Shown here: piece by piece, positions 53,063-60,938 of the stretch
Position numbering within the stretch: the stretch's first letter is position 1
Layout of the letters: the number at the start of each line of letters is the position of its first letter
Virus record (IMG/VR): IMGVR_UViG_3300042359_000621
From: a virus
Reading direction: 5' to 3' (one strand)
Length of the DNA: 64,000 nucleotides
The notes under the pieces: generated by a model
Databases searched by the model: none
What the model was told of the DNA's origin: nothing
The model's input: only the letters and a program-made list of their open reading frames with translations
Translations under genes and position numbers: made by a program

Positions 53063-55051
53063 ATGACCGCCCAATCATCCGAGACAACAAAAAAAGAAAC
53101 CACCACAGAGATTGTGAATCGTTATAGAGAAGACTCTCGTGTCATGATGCAAGCGTTAGCGGAGAGTGCCGACGCAAGTTCGATGCGAAATCCTCTCCCT
53201 GTAACGGGAAGAATCCAGCCTTTCTCTCAACAGCAAGTAGAAAACTGTTTAGCAGACGCGATCTTAAAACGAATAGCGTGGAGCCTCCCATCTTCGTCAA
53301 CTCAAAAGATGTGGCAGTTATCCTTGGGAGATGATTTTTCTAGTAAGACGGGTTCTAAATTAGTCCGAGATTATTATGCCTATCACGAAAGATTGAAAAC
53401 CATATCACAATTTAGAAAAGCATTGCAGTTCTCTCGCTCTCATGGTGGGACAGTTATTATTCTCAAGATTAACGATGGAAGACATTATTCCGAACCTGTT
53501 GATGAAGGCAAGATTAAATCAATCTCTGGGTTAATCGTTCGTCACCGATGGCAAGTTGCTCCTTCGGTGAGAACGGCTGCTAGTATATTTGACCTTGATG
53601 ACATTGAACATTATGAAATCCTAACAATTGACCAACAAATAAAACAAAAATTACTATTTAACGGAACAAATTCCAAGCAGGATGATCGCCTGATTCATCG
53701 GTCAAGAATCCTCCGGTTTAATGGGGCATTAATGCCTGATGATTGGATGATTTCCTATAACAATGGATGGGGATTGAGTGTCTTTGACGAGGTTTGGAAA
53801 TATTATAAAAACTATACAAATGGACTCAATGCAGTAGGCGAATTAATTAAAACCCAATCAGTTCTACAGCATTCTTTTGAAGGACTGCGGGAACTGATGA
53901 TGGCATCTGATGAAGAAAGTATCGCAGCTATTAAGCAAACCATGAAATCAATCCGACTAATGTTTGATCTATATGGCATGGTTCTCCACGACTCCCGTGA
54001 ACAATTCAACTGGAATGCCCGCCCCGTCGTCGGGATGGATTCACTCGTGCAAGTACAGAAGGATGGGGTAACAGGAGCCTCTGGGATGCCTCACACGATA
54101 GTTTGGGGAGAAAGCCCTGGGGGTTTGGGGCGTGATGGCAAGGAGACCCAAATCAACTATGCTAACTCGGTGGCAGAGTACCAAGGAGAGAGCTTAGATC
54201 CTAGCGCAGCTATTCTTGATCGTTATATCTTCTTGGCTAAAGACGGCCCCACAAAAGGCAAAATCCCCGACAACTACCAGAGGCAGTACCCTTCTATCTT
54301 GAGGATGACCATCGAGGATCTCCGCTCTGGACGCTCATCTGATATTCAGGCATTGGCTTCAGGTATTCAAGCCGGATTCATCACGACAGATGAAGCTCGG
54401 ACAGTGCCTTCTAACTCCGGTTGGTGGCCAGAGCTTAACCTTGATCAAAAAGCATGGGAAGAAGCCAGGAAAAAAGCAGAAGAACAAGCAAACTTCCTTG
54501 GTGGTTTTGATATGGGAGCATTAGGAGGCGAGGAAGCTGCCCCACCCACTGAAGAACCCGTCGAAGAAGAATCTATAACTCAAATGGACAGTGCTGTTTA
54601 CACCCCAATAAAGCGGGTTCTTAATTGGCACGGGCTATCAATTGGGGTCACTCACGACAAAGGGGATCTTCGCTATAACAAAACGATGAAGGTAGGGTAT
54701 GGGCATATTAGACGCAGCTATGGACACGCGGAGGACGCAAAAGCAATCGACGTTTATATCAAAAATCCAAACTCACCTAGTCTCTGGAAGGTTCGGCAAC
54801 TCAACACAACAACAGGGGAGATTGACGAAACAAAGTATTTCTTGGGTTTTGATTCCCCCAAAGAAGTGCGCGATTGCTATTACTATCATGCCGGATTAGA
54901 TCGTTTTGGAGGAGTGGAGAAGTGCGATCCTACGGAATTAAACCAATACCGCCAAGATGCAGAAGAATTGGAGGGAGTTAATGAAGTTTATCAAAATAAG
55001 ATATTAACAGATGTAGCAAATAGAATCAATCAACAAACTCAATTAGATTAA
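53063..55051 (+). CDS. portal protein with extra C-terminal domain
   Basis: Size and position divergent from terL; ..SHGGTVIILKINDG.. portal-like core. C-terminal ~150 aa ..GYGHIRRSYG..IDVYI..TGEIDETKYFLGF.. Confidence 0.6.
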   Translation: MTAQSSETTKKETTTEIVNRYREDSRVMMQALAESADASSMRNPLPVTGRIQPFSQQQVENCLADAILKRIAWSLPSSSTQKMWQLSLGDDFSSKTGSKLVRDYYAYHERLKTISQFRKALQFSRSHGGTVIILKINDGRHYSEPVDEGKIKSISGLIVRHRWQVAPSVRTAASIFDLDDIEHYEILTIDQQIKQKLLFNGTNSKQDDRLIHRSRILRFNGALMPDDWMISYNNGWGLSVFDEVWKYYKNYTNGLNAVGELIKTQSVLQHSFEGLRELMMASDEESIAAIKQTMKSIRLMFDLYGMVLHDSREQFNWNARPVVGMDSLVQVQKDGVTGASGMPHTIVWGESPGGLGRDGKETQINYANSVAEYQGESLDPSAAILDRYIFLAKDGPTKGKIPDNYQRQYPSILRMTIEDLRSGRSSDIQALASGIQAGFITTDEARTVPSNSGWWPELNLDQKAWEEARKKAEEQANFLGGFDMGALGGEEAAPPTEEPVEEESITQMDSAVYTPIKRVLNWHGLSIGVTHDKGDLRYNKTMKVGYGHIRRSYGHAEDAKAIDVYIKNPNSPSLWKVRQLNTTTGEIDETKYFLGFDSPKEVRDCYYYHAGLDRFGGVEKCDPTELNQYRQDAEELEGVNEVYQNKILTDVANRINQQTQLD

Positions 55052-55076
55052 TTTTAAATTAATTGGTTTTTGAATG

Positions 55077-55120
55077 CAACTTAGTCAACCCATTTTATTT
55101 CACTAGGGTTGGCTAAGTTG
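55077..55120 (+). terminator. 15-bp stem hairpin after portal (no T-run)
   Basis: CAACTTAGTCAACCC / GGGTTGGCTAAGTTG. Confidence 0.4.
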
Positions 55121-55395
55121 TCTAAACTGTTACATCAAATCTTTGTCGGTTCCTGATTTACGGGCTGCGTAAATCTATGTATAGGTTAAGGTAGTTTGGC
55201 AACAATTGGCACTTCGGACAGTAAGGACACCCCAGACCCACTGCAACGGTCTGTCTCCCGCCTATTCACCAAGAAATCAATACAATAAAAAAGGTGTGAT
55301 TTTCTTATATAGAAATTATTTTGTAAAGTCCTGTTGATCTATAAGAATTTAACCTTAAAATTATAGTGATAACTTCTGATCAGAAGGGTTTTATC

Positions 55396-55788
55396 ATGCC
55401 AATTCCTGTTAGTTTTTTCAATCTTACAAGAGCCGGAAAGGTTTACGCCTTCAAGCCCGAAGACATCTCGTTTGGGGACGACGACACTCTTGAGGTTAAA
55501 TTAAATCAAGGGGGAGATATAGCGGTCATCCCTCTTGTAAAAAAATCCGTGACATTAACAATTCAGGGTGCTGTTGACACTGATCTTGATACGTTTGAAA
55601 CCGAGAGAACCCAAAATGTCCAAAACTTAATTGACAATCAGCCGGTTGGCGCAAACATGGCTTTTGCAAACTATATTATTTACAGTGCTTACTTGCGAAA
55701 AGTAACCCCCACTGCCCCAATTACCGTGTCAGGGAAGACCTTGTTTGACACGATTGAACTAGAGTTTGCCTCTCGCGTTTACGTTTAA
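55396..55788 (+). CDS. hypothetical head-region protein
   Basis: ATG at 55396 with AAGG upstream. Confidence 0.5.
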   Translation: MPIPVSFFNLTRAGKVYAFKPEDISFGDDDTLEVKLNQGGDIAVIPLVKKSVTLTIQGAVDTDLDTFETERTQNVQNLIDNQPVGANMAFANYIIYSAYLRKVTPTAPITVSGKTLFDTIELEFASRVYV

Positions 55789-55850
55789 ATTTATACTGCC
55801 TAAGCCAATCAAGGTTTAGGTAGTAGCCCCTAAAATCTATGTATAAAAAG

Positions 55851-55967
55851 ATGACATTTATACTTTATAGACAAAGATTAAGATTTGATGCTCCGCCAAC
55901 AGAAATCCAAGCGAAGTTAGCGATCGCCAAAGTACATCTCAATATTGGCAAAAGTGAACTTAATTAA
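55851..55967 (+). pseudogene. 38-codon orphan stub of the paralog-family N-terminus
   Basis: MTFILYRQRLRFDAPPTEIQAKLAIAKV.. aligns with ..LLRFDAAPTEVQMKLAIAQV.. of the three full genes, then diverges and stops. Confidence 0.55.
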
Positions 55968-56016
55968 GCAAAAACAAAGTACAATAGACTCATCGCATTA
56001 AAAAGGAAAATCAATT

Positions 56017-56241
56017 ATGAAAGCTAAAAAAACTGCTGTTGAAGGACAGAAGAAAATTAAAACCGTTCCCCCTGCTGTTGTAGATGAAGATGAGGATGTT
56101 TTAGGGGAAGGGGAGACATTGCAGGAATTTGACAAGAGAATGGAGAAAAAATATCCGAAAAGAAGTTATGACGATTTGACAGAAGAAGAAAAACGCGAAC
56201 GTGCCAAACGTTTTGTAGCTCAAGGGCCGGAAGACTGGTAA
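56017..56241 (+). CDS. small charged protein
   Basis: AGGAAAA RBS upstream; K/E/D-rich. Confidence 0.5.
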   Translation: MKAKKTAVEGQKKIKTVPPAVVDEDEDVLGEGETLQEFDKRMEKKYPKRSYDDLTEEEKRERAKRFVAQGPEDW

Positions 56242-56283
56242 GTTTGCAATCCGCACCCGTACAGAAAGATTTAACTCAAAACA

Positions 56284-57372
56284 ATGGTCACCACCTTAAA
56301 CCGTCAAAATCTCCTTCGCTTTGATGCTGTTCCTACCAAGGAACAGATGCGGTTGGCGATCGCTCAAACACTATCCCTCCCCTCAATTTATAATTCTCCA
56401 GTTATCATACTGGACTTTGAAGTGGGTGATGATGGTAAAATTACGGGGCGGTTTAAGGATGCTGATCGTCCTCGTGTGTTTAGCTTCGAGATTTTGGACG
56501 ATATCCGTTTTAGCCCTTTTAAGTCTGGGCGACTGGACAATGAGGAGGAATGGGAGGATTTTTCCCTTGGTTATAGCTTTCGCTTTGATACACCCGGAGG
56601 GGCTAAAAAAAAGCCGCAGTGCGTGAAACCCACGTCTTATAATTGTGGTAAATCTTGCATAAATATTAAGAAAAATTGCAGGTGCAATCCCGATGATGCT
56701 CAGTCAAAAGATAGAATAGATAAATTAAAGTCTCTGGCGAAGGATTTTAAAAAGGGGCAAGAAGGGGGAGGAAAGCAGAAGGAATCAAAAGTTTCTGAAT
56801 CAAAGGACAAGAAACTTTCTTACTCTAATTTTGAGAGTGACTTTGAAGACCTTTATTTTGAGGAGAAAAGGAAACAAGAGTTAAAAGGTGTTGTAGCAAT
56901 TAAACGCCGACAGATGTTAGATATTGCCGAAGGAAAGTACAATGTTCCCCGTGAACAGTTAGAGGATTATTTCGAGAAGTTAAAAGATAATAAAAAAATA
57001 TTCTCAGTAATAGAGAAAGGGGAAGAATTATTATCTTGGGTTGGAGGACAGACACCCAAAAAGCAGGGAAAACAACCTAAAGCCAAATCTTCTAAAACAA
57101 AAGACTTAGTTGCAGGACAAAAAGCAATCAAGGAAAAACAGATATCTTATGCTAAATTCGAGAAAGACTTTAAAGAATTCTATAACGAAGAAAAAAGAAA
57201 GCAGGAACTACAGGGGGTTGTAGCAATTAAACGCAATAAGTTGTTAGATGATTATGCTAAAAAAAATGGGATTTCTCGACAGCAATTAGATAATCATTTT
57301 GAAAGTCTTAAAACCAATGGTAAGATATTCTCTGTCAAAGAGAAAGGGGAGGAGTTGTTTCAGTGGAACTAG
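56284..57372 (+). CDS. family member 1: shared N-terminal module plus two ~77-aa tandem repeats
   Basis: N-terminus LLRFDAVPTKEQMRLAIAQTLSLPSIYNSPVIILDFEVG..; Cys motif C..SYNCGKSCINIKKNC. Confidence 0.65.
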   Translation: MVTTLNRQNLLRFDAVPTKEQMRLAIAQTLSLPSIYNSPVIILDFEVGDDGKITGRFKDADRPRVFSFEILDDIRFSPFKSGRLDNEEEWEDFSLGYSFRFDTPGGAKKKPQCVKPTSYNCGKSCINIKKNCRCNPDDAQSKDRIDKLKSLAKDFKKGQEGGGKQKESKVSESKDKKLSYSNFESDFEDLYFEEKRKQELKGVVAIKRRQMLDIAEGKYNVPREQLEDYFEKLKDNKKIFSVIEKGEELLSWVGGQTPKKQGKQPKAKSSKTKDLVAGQKAIKEKQISYAKFEKDFKEFYNEEKRKQELQGVVAIKRNKLLDDYAKKNGISRQQLDNHFESLKTNGKIFSVKEKGEELFQWN

Positions 57373-57440
57373 GTTAGTATTTTAAAAGCAAGCTAAAACA
57401 GATCCAAGTAAAAAAATTAGAATTAATTAAATTTTAAAAT

Positions 57441-59672
57441 ATGGTCACAATTTCAAGTTATCAAAATCTCCTTCGCTTTGATGCTGCTCCTACGGAAGTG
57501 CAGATGAAACTTGGTATTTCTCAAGTTTTGTCGATGCCATTTGCCTACAACTCTCCGGTTATCGTTCTGGACTTTGAAGTAGGCAATAAAAACATCATCA
57601 AGGGACGGTTTAAGGATGCCATTAGATCCCGTGTTTTTGAGTTTGAGATTGGGGATTCTATCACGTTCAAGCCGTTCACCTGGAGGCGAACGGATAGCGA
57701 CGTTGACCCGATGGCGTGGGAAGACTTCTCTAAAGGGTATTGCTACCGATTCGATGCAGTTAAGACCGTCAGAAAGGAAAAACCTAAGTGTGGCAATACC
57801 TCCTATAACTGCGGCAAAGCCTGCATTGGCTTAAACAAGAATTGCAAATCAGATCCCCCCGATAAACCGTCCCAGGAGAAAGTCGATAAACTCAGAGCCG
57901 CAGCAGGGGAGTTTAAAGCTGTTCAGGGCGATCCAACCAAGAAGCAAGAGGATAATAAGTTAACGCCAAAACCACAGGAAGTTAAGGCGGTTAAGACCAA
58001 AACTGCTAAGGGCGCGATCGCTAAATCAGAAACACCACCAAAAACACCCAAGACAACTAGACCCAAGGTAGGGACAAAGCAGTATGACGAATGGCTAGAA
58101 ACCGAATCTCAAAAACTCAAGGGTAAAGATGGGGAATATGTAATTAAAACCCGTTCGGGGGATGAGACGGTCAAAGGAACCGTTTATGGCAATGGATTGG
58201 GGATTAATCCAAATAAAGGGTCTTTGTACAACACTCACAGCGTTACGCACATCGGCAGTGGCAGATCGTTGGGTGATTTTGATGATGAAGTTCAGGCTAA
58301 AAAGGCATTAGTTGAGTTGAACCGATCCGGCGTTAATTGGAGCGAACAAGACTTAACAAAAATTCCAGGGATAGAGAAGAAAATAGTCAAAGTTAAGGGC
58401 TTGATAGATAATGCCAAAGACTCGGACTTAAGGGTTAAACGGGATGCTAAAAGGAAGGTGATAGAGGAAAAACGAGCTAAAGACGATGCCAAAATTGAGG
58501 CTGGTATGCAAAGGTTTAGAGAGGAAGAAGCTAAGAAAAAACAACAGGCTGAAATAGACAGAAAAATACAAGAGGAAAAAAATAAGGTAGAGCGTGAAAA
58601 GCAAGTTGAGGCTATGAAAAAGATGGCAGAAGATCAAGCAAAAGTTTATCAAGATTATGAGATCAATAGAACAAATCAACTGATCGGAGAATTGAAATCA
58701 TCCTTTGATGTTAAGTCATTGGAGTCTGAAGTTAGCGTGCTGGAATCGAGGCTAAAGACGGAATCATCTCCCAAGGCAAAAAAAGAGTTAAACCAACGAT
58801 TAAATAATGCAAACATCAAACTAAAGGAGGTTAAAACATTTTTATCTCAGGACAAACTTGAAACCTATCCCGCTTTTTTGAAATCCAGAGTAAAGGGAAT
58901 GGCTAATACTGTTGGGATTGAAAAAACCAGGGAGATTTTACAGGAGCAAATTGACAATTACAAGAAACAAGTAAAGGAGGAGCCAAAGCAAAAAACAATA
59001 AAAGTTCAAGGGGAGCGATCGCAAGAACAAGAATCCCCTCTAATTCCGAAAGAAGAAATAGTTAAAGAGGCTCCTAAGCGAATTGGGGATGGAACCCAAA
59101 AAAGCTCCCCTCTTAATGCTCAGGAATACCACAAAATGATGGTTGAGAGAGGGAATAATATCTCAATAGAAGAAGCTGAGGAAACTGTTAAATCAATCGT
59201 GTCGTGGAAACTTAGAAACGATGCCATAAGAGGAGATCAGCAACAAGGAAAGCCCAATAAAGATGCAGATAACATTGATAACTTTATCAAAAACTCTACA
59301 CCTTATGAGGGAATGGTCGCTAGAGGGCTTAAGTTTTTCAGTAAAGAGGAAGCAGCAAACTTTATCAAAGGGGATGAGAATGGGATATTAAATAACCAGT
59401 CTGCTCATGCTTCATGGACTTCTGATTTTGATCAAGCTAAGAGGTTTGCTGATGTAGAGTCAAAAACAAATCCCTACTGGAAGGAATATTCTGAAAATCT
59501 TTATCCTGTGATTGTCCTTGCCAAAAATAAAACAGGTGTTCCAGCCCAAAATACAGGAGATGGATTACATAGTAACGAAGCCGAGGTTATTGTTTCAAAG
59601 AATACAAGGCATAAAGTTGTTAGGGTGATAGATAGAGATGGAATTATTTTAGTGGAAACCGAAGAAGTGTAA
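57441..59672 (+). CDS. family member 2: shared N-terminal module, K/E-rich coiled-coil middle, C-terminal ADP-ribosyltransferase
   Basis: R-S-E triad: ..GMVARG (R628), ..HASWTSD (S658-S661), ..SNEAEVIV (E713/E715). Confidence 0.7.
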   Translation: MVTISSYQNLLRFDAAPTEVQMKLGISQVLSMPFAYNSPVIVLDFEVGNKNIIKGRFKDAIRSRVFEFEIGDSITFKPFTWRRTDSDVDPMAWEDFSKGYCYRFDAVKTVRKEKPKCGNTSYNCGKACIGLNKNCKSDPPDKPSQEKVDKLRAAAGEFKAVQGDPTKKQEDNKLTPKPQEVKAVKTKTAKGAIAKSETPPKTPKTTRPKVGTKQYDEWLETESQKLKGKDGEYVIKTRSGDETVKGTVYGNGLGINPNKGSLYNTHSVTHIGSGRSLGDFDDEVQAKKALVELNRSGVNWSEQDLTKIPGIEKKIVKVKGLIDNAKDSDLRVKRDAKRKVIEEKRAKDDAKIEAGMQRFREEEAKKKQQAEIDRKIQEEKNKVEREKQVEAMKKMAEDQAKVYQDYEINRTNQLIGELKSSFDVKSLESEVSVLESRLKTESSPKAKKELNQRLNNANIKLKEVKTFLSQDKLETYPAFLKSRVKGMANTVGIEKTREILQEQIDNYKKQVKEEPKQKTIKVQGERSQEQESPLIPKEEIVKEAPKRIGDGTQKSSPLNAQEYHKMMVERGNNISIEEAEETVKSIVSWKLRNDAIRGDQQQGKPNKDADNIDNFIKNSTPYEGMVARGLKFFSKEEAANFIKGDENGILNNQSAHASWTSDFDQAKRFADVESKTNPYWKEYSENLYPVIVLAKNKTGVPAQNTGDGLHSNEAEVIVSKNTRHKVVRVIDRDGIILVETEEV

Positions 59673-59721
59673 CAAGTTAAAAAAATAGTGAATTTATCCT
59701 CTGTTTTGCCCAAAATAAAAA

Positions 59722-59774
59722 TGTTATAATTAATAATAACAAACGCCTCTCGCGGTGCGCTAACACCCAGAGGC
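59722..59774 (+). promoter_or_regulatory. TGTTATAAT promoter plus conserved leader hairpin (copy B)
   Basis: -10 at 59725-30. Outer stem 59745-50/59769-74, inner 59754-57/59764-67. Confidence 0.55.
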
Positions 59775-59806
59775 AGTAAACCTAAAACTTAAAACAGAGG
59801 TTCACC

Positions 59807-60415
59807 ATGTCGGATATTGTAAGATCAATCCGTGCCGAATTGGAACTAGGCAACAGAAGTATTGACTGCTATCTATTCCCAGATGGGGAGAAACGGATCG
59901 GAATTGGTGGCGCGAGTATTGCCATCGGACGGAGTAAAGAGTATTTGGGTCGCTTATTGAAAAGCGAATCAGAGGATCTCGGAAAACTCAAAATCATGGG
60001 ATTCTGTGGAAAAATTGTCGAAACGGAGTTTCTGTTTGGGAGAGGATCTACTCGCTCCAAAACTATTTCTTTGGCTGATTTTGATATTCTGATGATGTTT
60101 TTTGTTGACTTGCGGATGAAAAAAGAAAAGAAAAATCCTGAAGGTATTGTTAGGGATAAGTTATTAGAACAGTCAGGGGGATCTAAAGAGGTTTCTACAT
60201 TGGCAGGAAAGATAGACATATTAACCCCATCGCAAATAATAGAAGTAAAACAGGTTAATGGATGGAAAGGGGCTTTAGGACAAGTTTTAGTCTATGGATA
60301 TTATTACCCGTCTCATCAGAAAAGGATTCATTTGTTTGGAGAGTGCCATAGTAGCTATCTCGATATTATCCAAAAACATTGTCAAGAATTTGATGTTATT
60401 GTTACATGGGAATAA
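59807..60415 (+). CDS. Bro-N/KilA-like N-terminus plus PD-(D/E)XK nuclease (module B1)
   Basis: ..GKIDILTPSQIIEVKQVNGWKGALGQ.. (D..ExK); paralog of 36563..37255. Confidence 0.6.
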   Translation: MSDIVRSIRAELELGNRSIDCYLFPDGEKRIGIGGASIAIGRSKEYLGRLLKSESEDLGKLKIMGFCGKIVETEFLFGRGSTRSKTISLADFDILMMFFVDLRMKKEKKNPEGIVRDKLLEQSGGSKEVSTLAGKIDILTPSQIIEVKQVNGWKGALGQVLVYGYYYPSHQKRIHLFGECHSSYLDIIQKHCQEFDVIVTWE

Positions 60416-60467
60416 GATTTACCAGGTCGGCTAAACGGAGTCTAAAGCCCTCAAAGAGCTACAGGGT

Positions 60468-60806
60468 ATGGGTTTCACAGGTCGCACAAAAGACACTGAG
60501 GTTAAGATAGCCAGAGGTGCGACACGAAGCAAGACCATCTCATCCAGAGACTTTACGAAGTTAATCACATGGGATGCGGTAGTCAATAATAATCAAGATT
60601 CCATTATTTTGTTGGCTGCGTTTGCCGAGACGGGGTTGGATGACATATTGGAAAAAGTCTTCACACGGCAATCGTTGGACTTTCTGTTAGAAAAAATAGT
60701 CCACTATAGCAAATGGACTATGGAAGACTTACAAGAAGCCCTCGATGCAAATAACGATGATTGGAGAGTGATCAGGGAACAAGAGCAGTTTTTATTAGAG
60801 GGCTAA
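60468..60806 (+). CDS. nuclease-module partner B2
   Basis: N-terminus repeats the central MGFTG..T.S..DF domain of B1; C-terminus ..WRVIREQEQFLLEG matches A2 ..WRVIEEQEAFILS. Confidence 0.55.
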   Translation: MGFTGRTKDTEVKIARGATRSKTISSRDFTKLITWDAVVNNNQDSIILLAAFAETGLDDILEKVFTRQSLDFLLEKIVHYSKWTMEDLQEALDANNDDWRVIREQEQFLLEG

Positions 60807-60836
60807 ACATCAAATTTGTTTAACAGGTTAGTATGG

Positions 60837-60885
60837 GATATATGCTACTCTTAACCCCATGCTAACTCTAAAATTCGTTGCTAAC
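60837..60885 (+). repeat. copy 1 of ~49-bp direct repeat (5' end of the downstream morphogenesis gene)
   Basis: GATATATGCTACTCTTAACCCCATGCTAACTCTAAAATTCGTTGCTAAC versus 63809-63857 (about 90% identity); leaves a 14-codon mini-ORF at 60859..60903. Confidence 0.85.
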
Positions 60886-60938
60886 GGCTCCAAAGATTGG
60901 TAAACTAAGAAGATTAGCAAATTAAATTAATTCATATT

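Noticed and set aside
58292-58679. Minus-strand ORFs (66 and 83 aa) inside member 2
   Set aside because: They are low-complexity F/L/S-rich translations antisense to the K/E-rich coiled-coil region.
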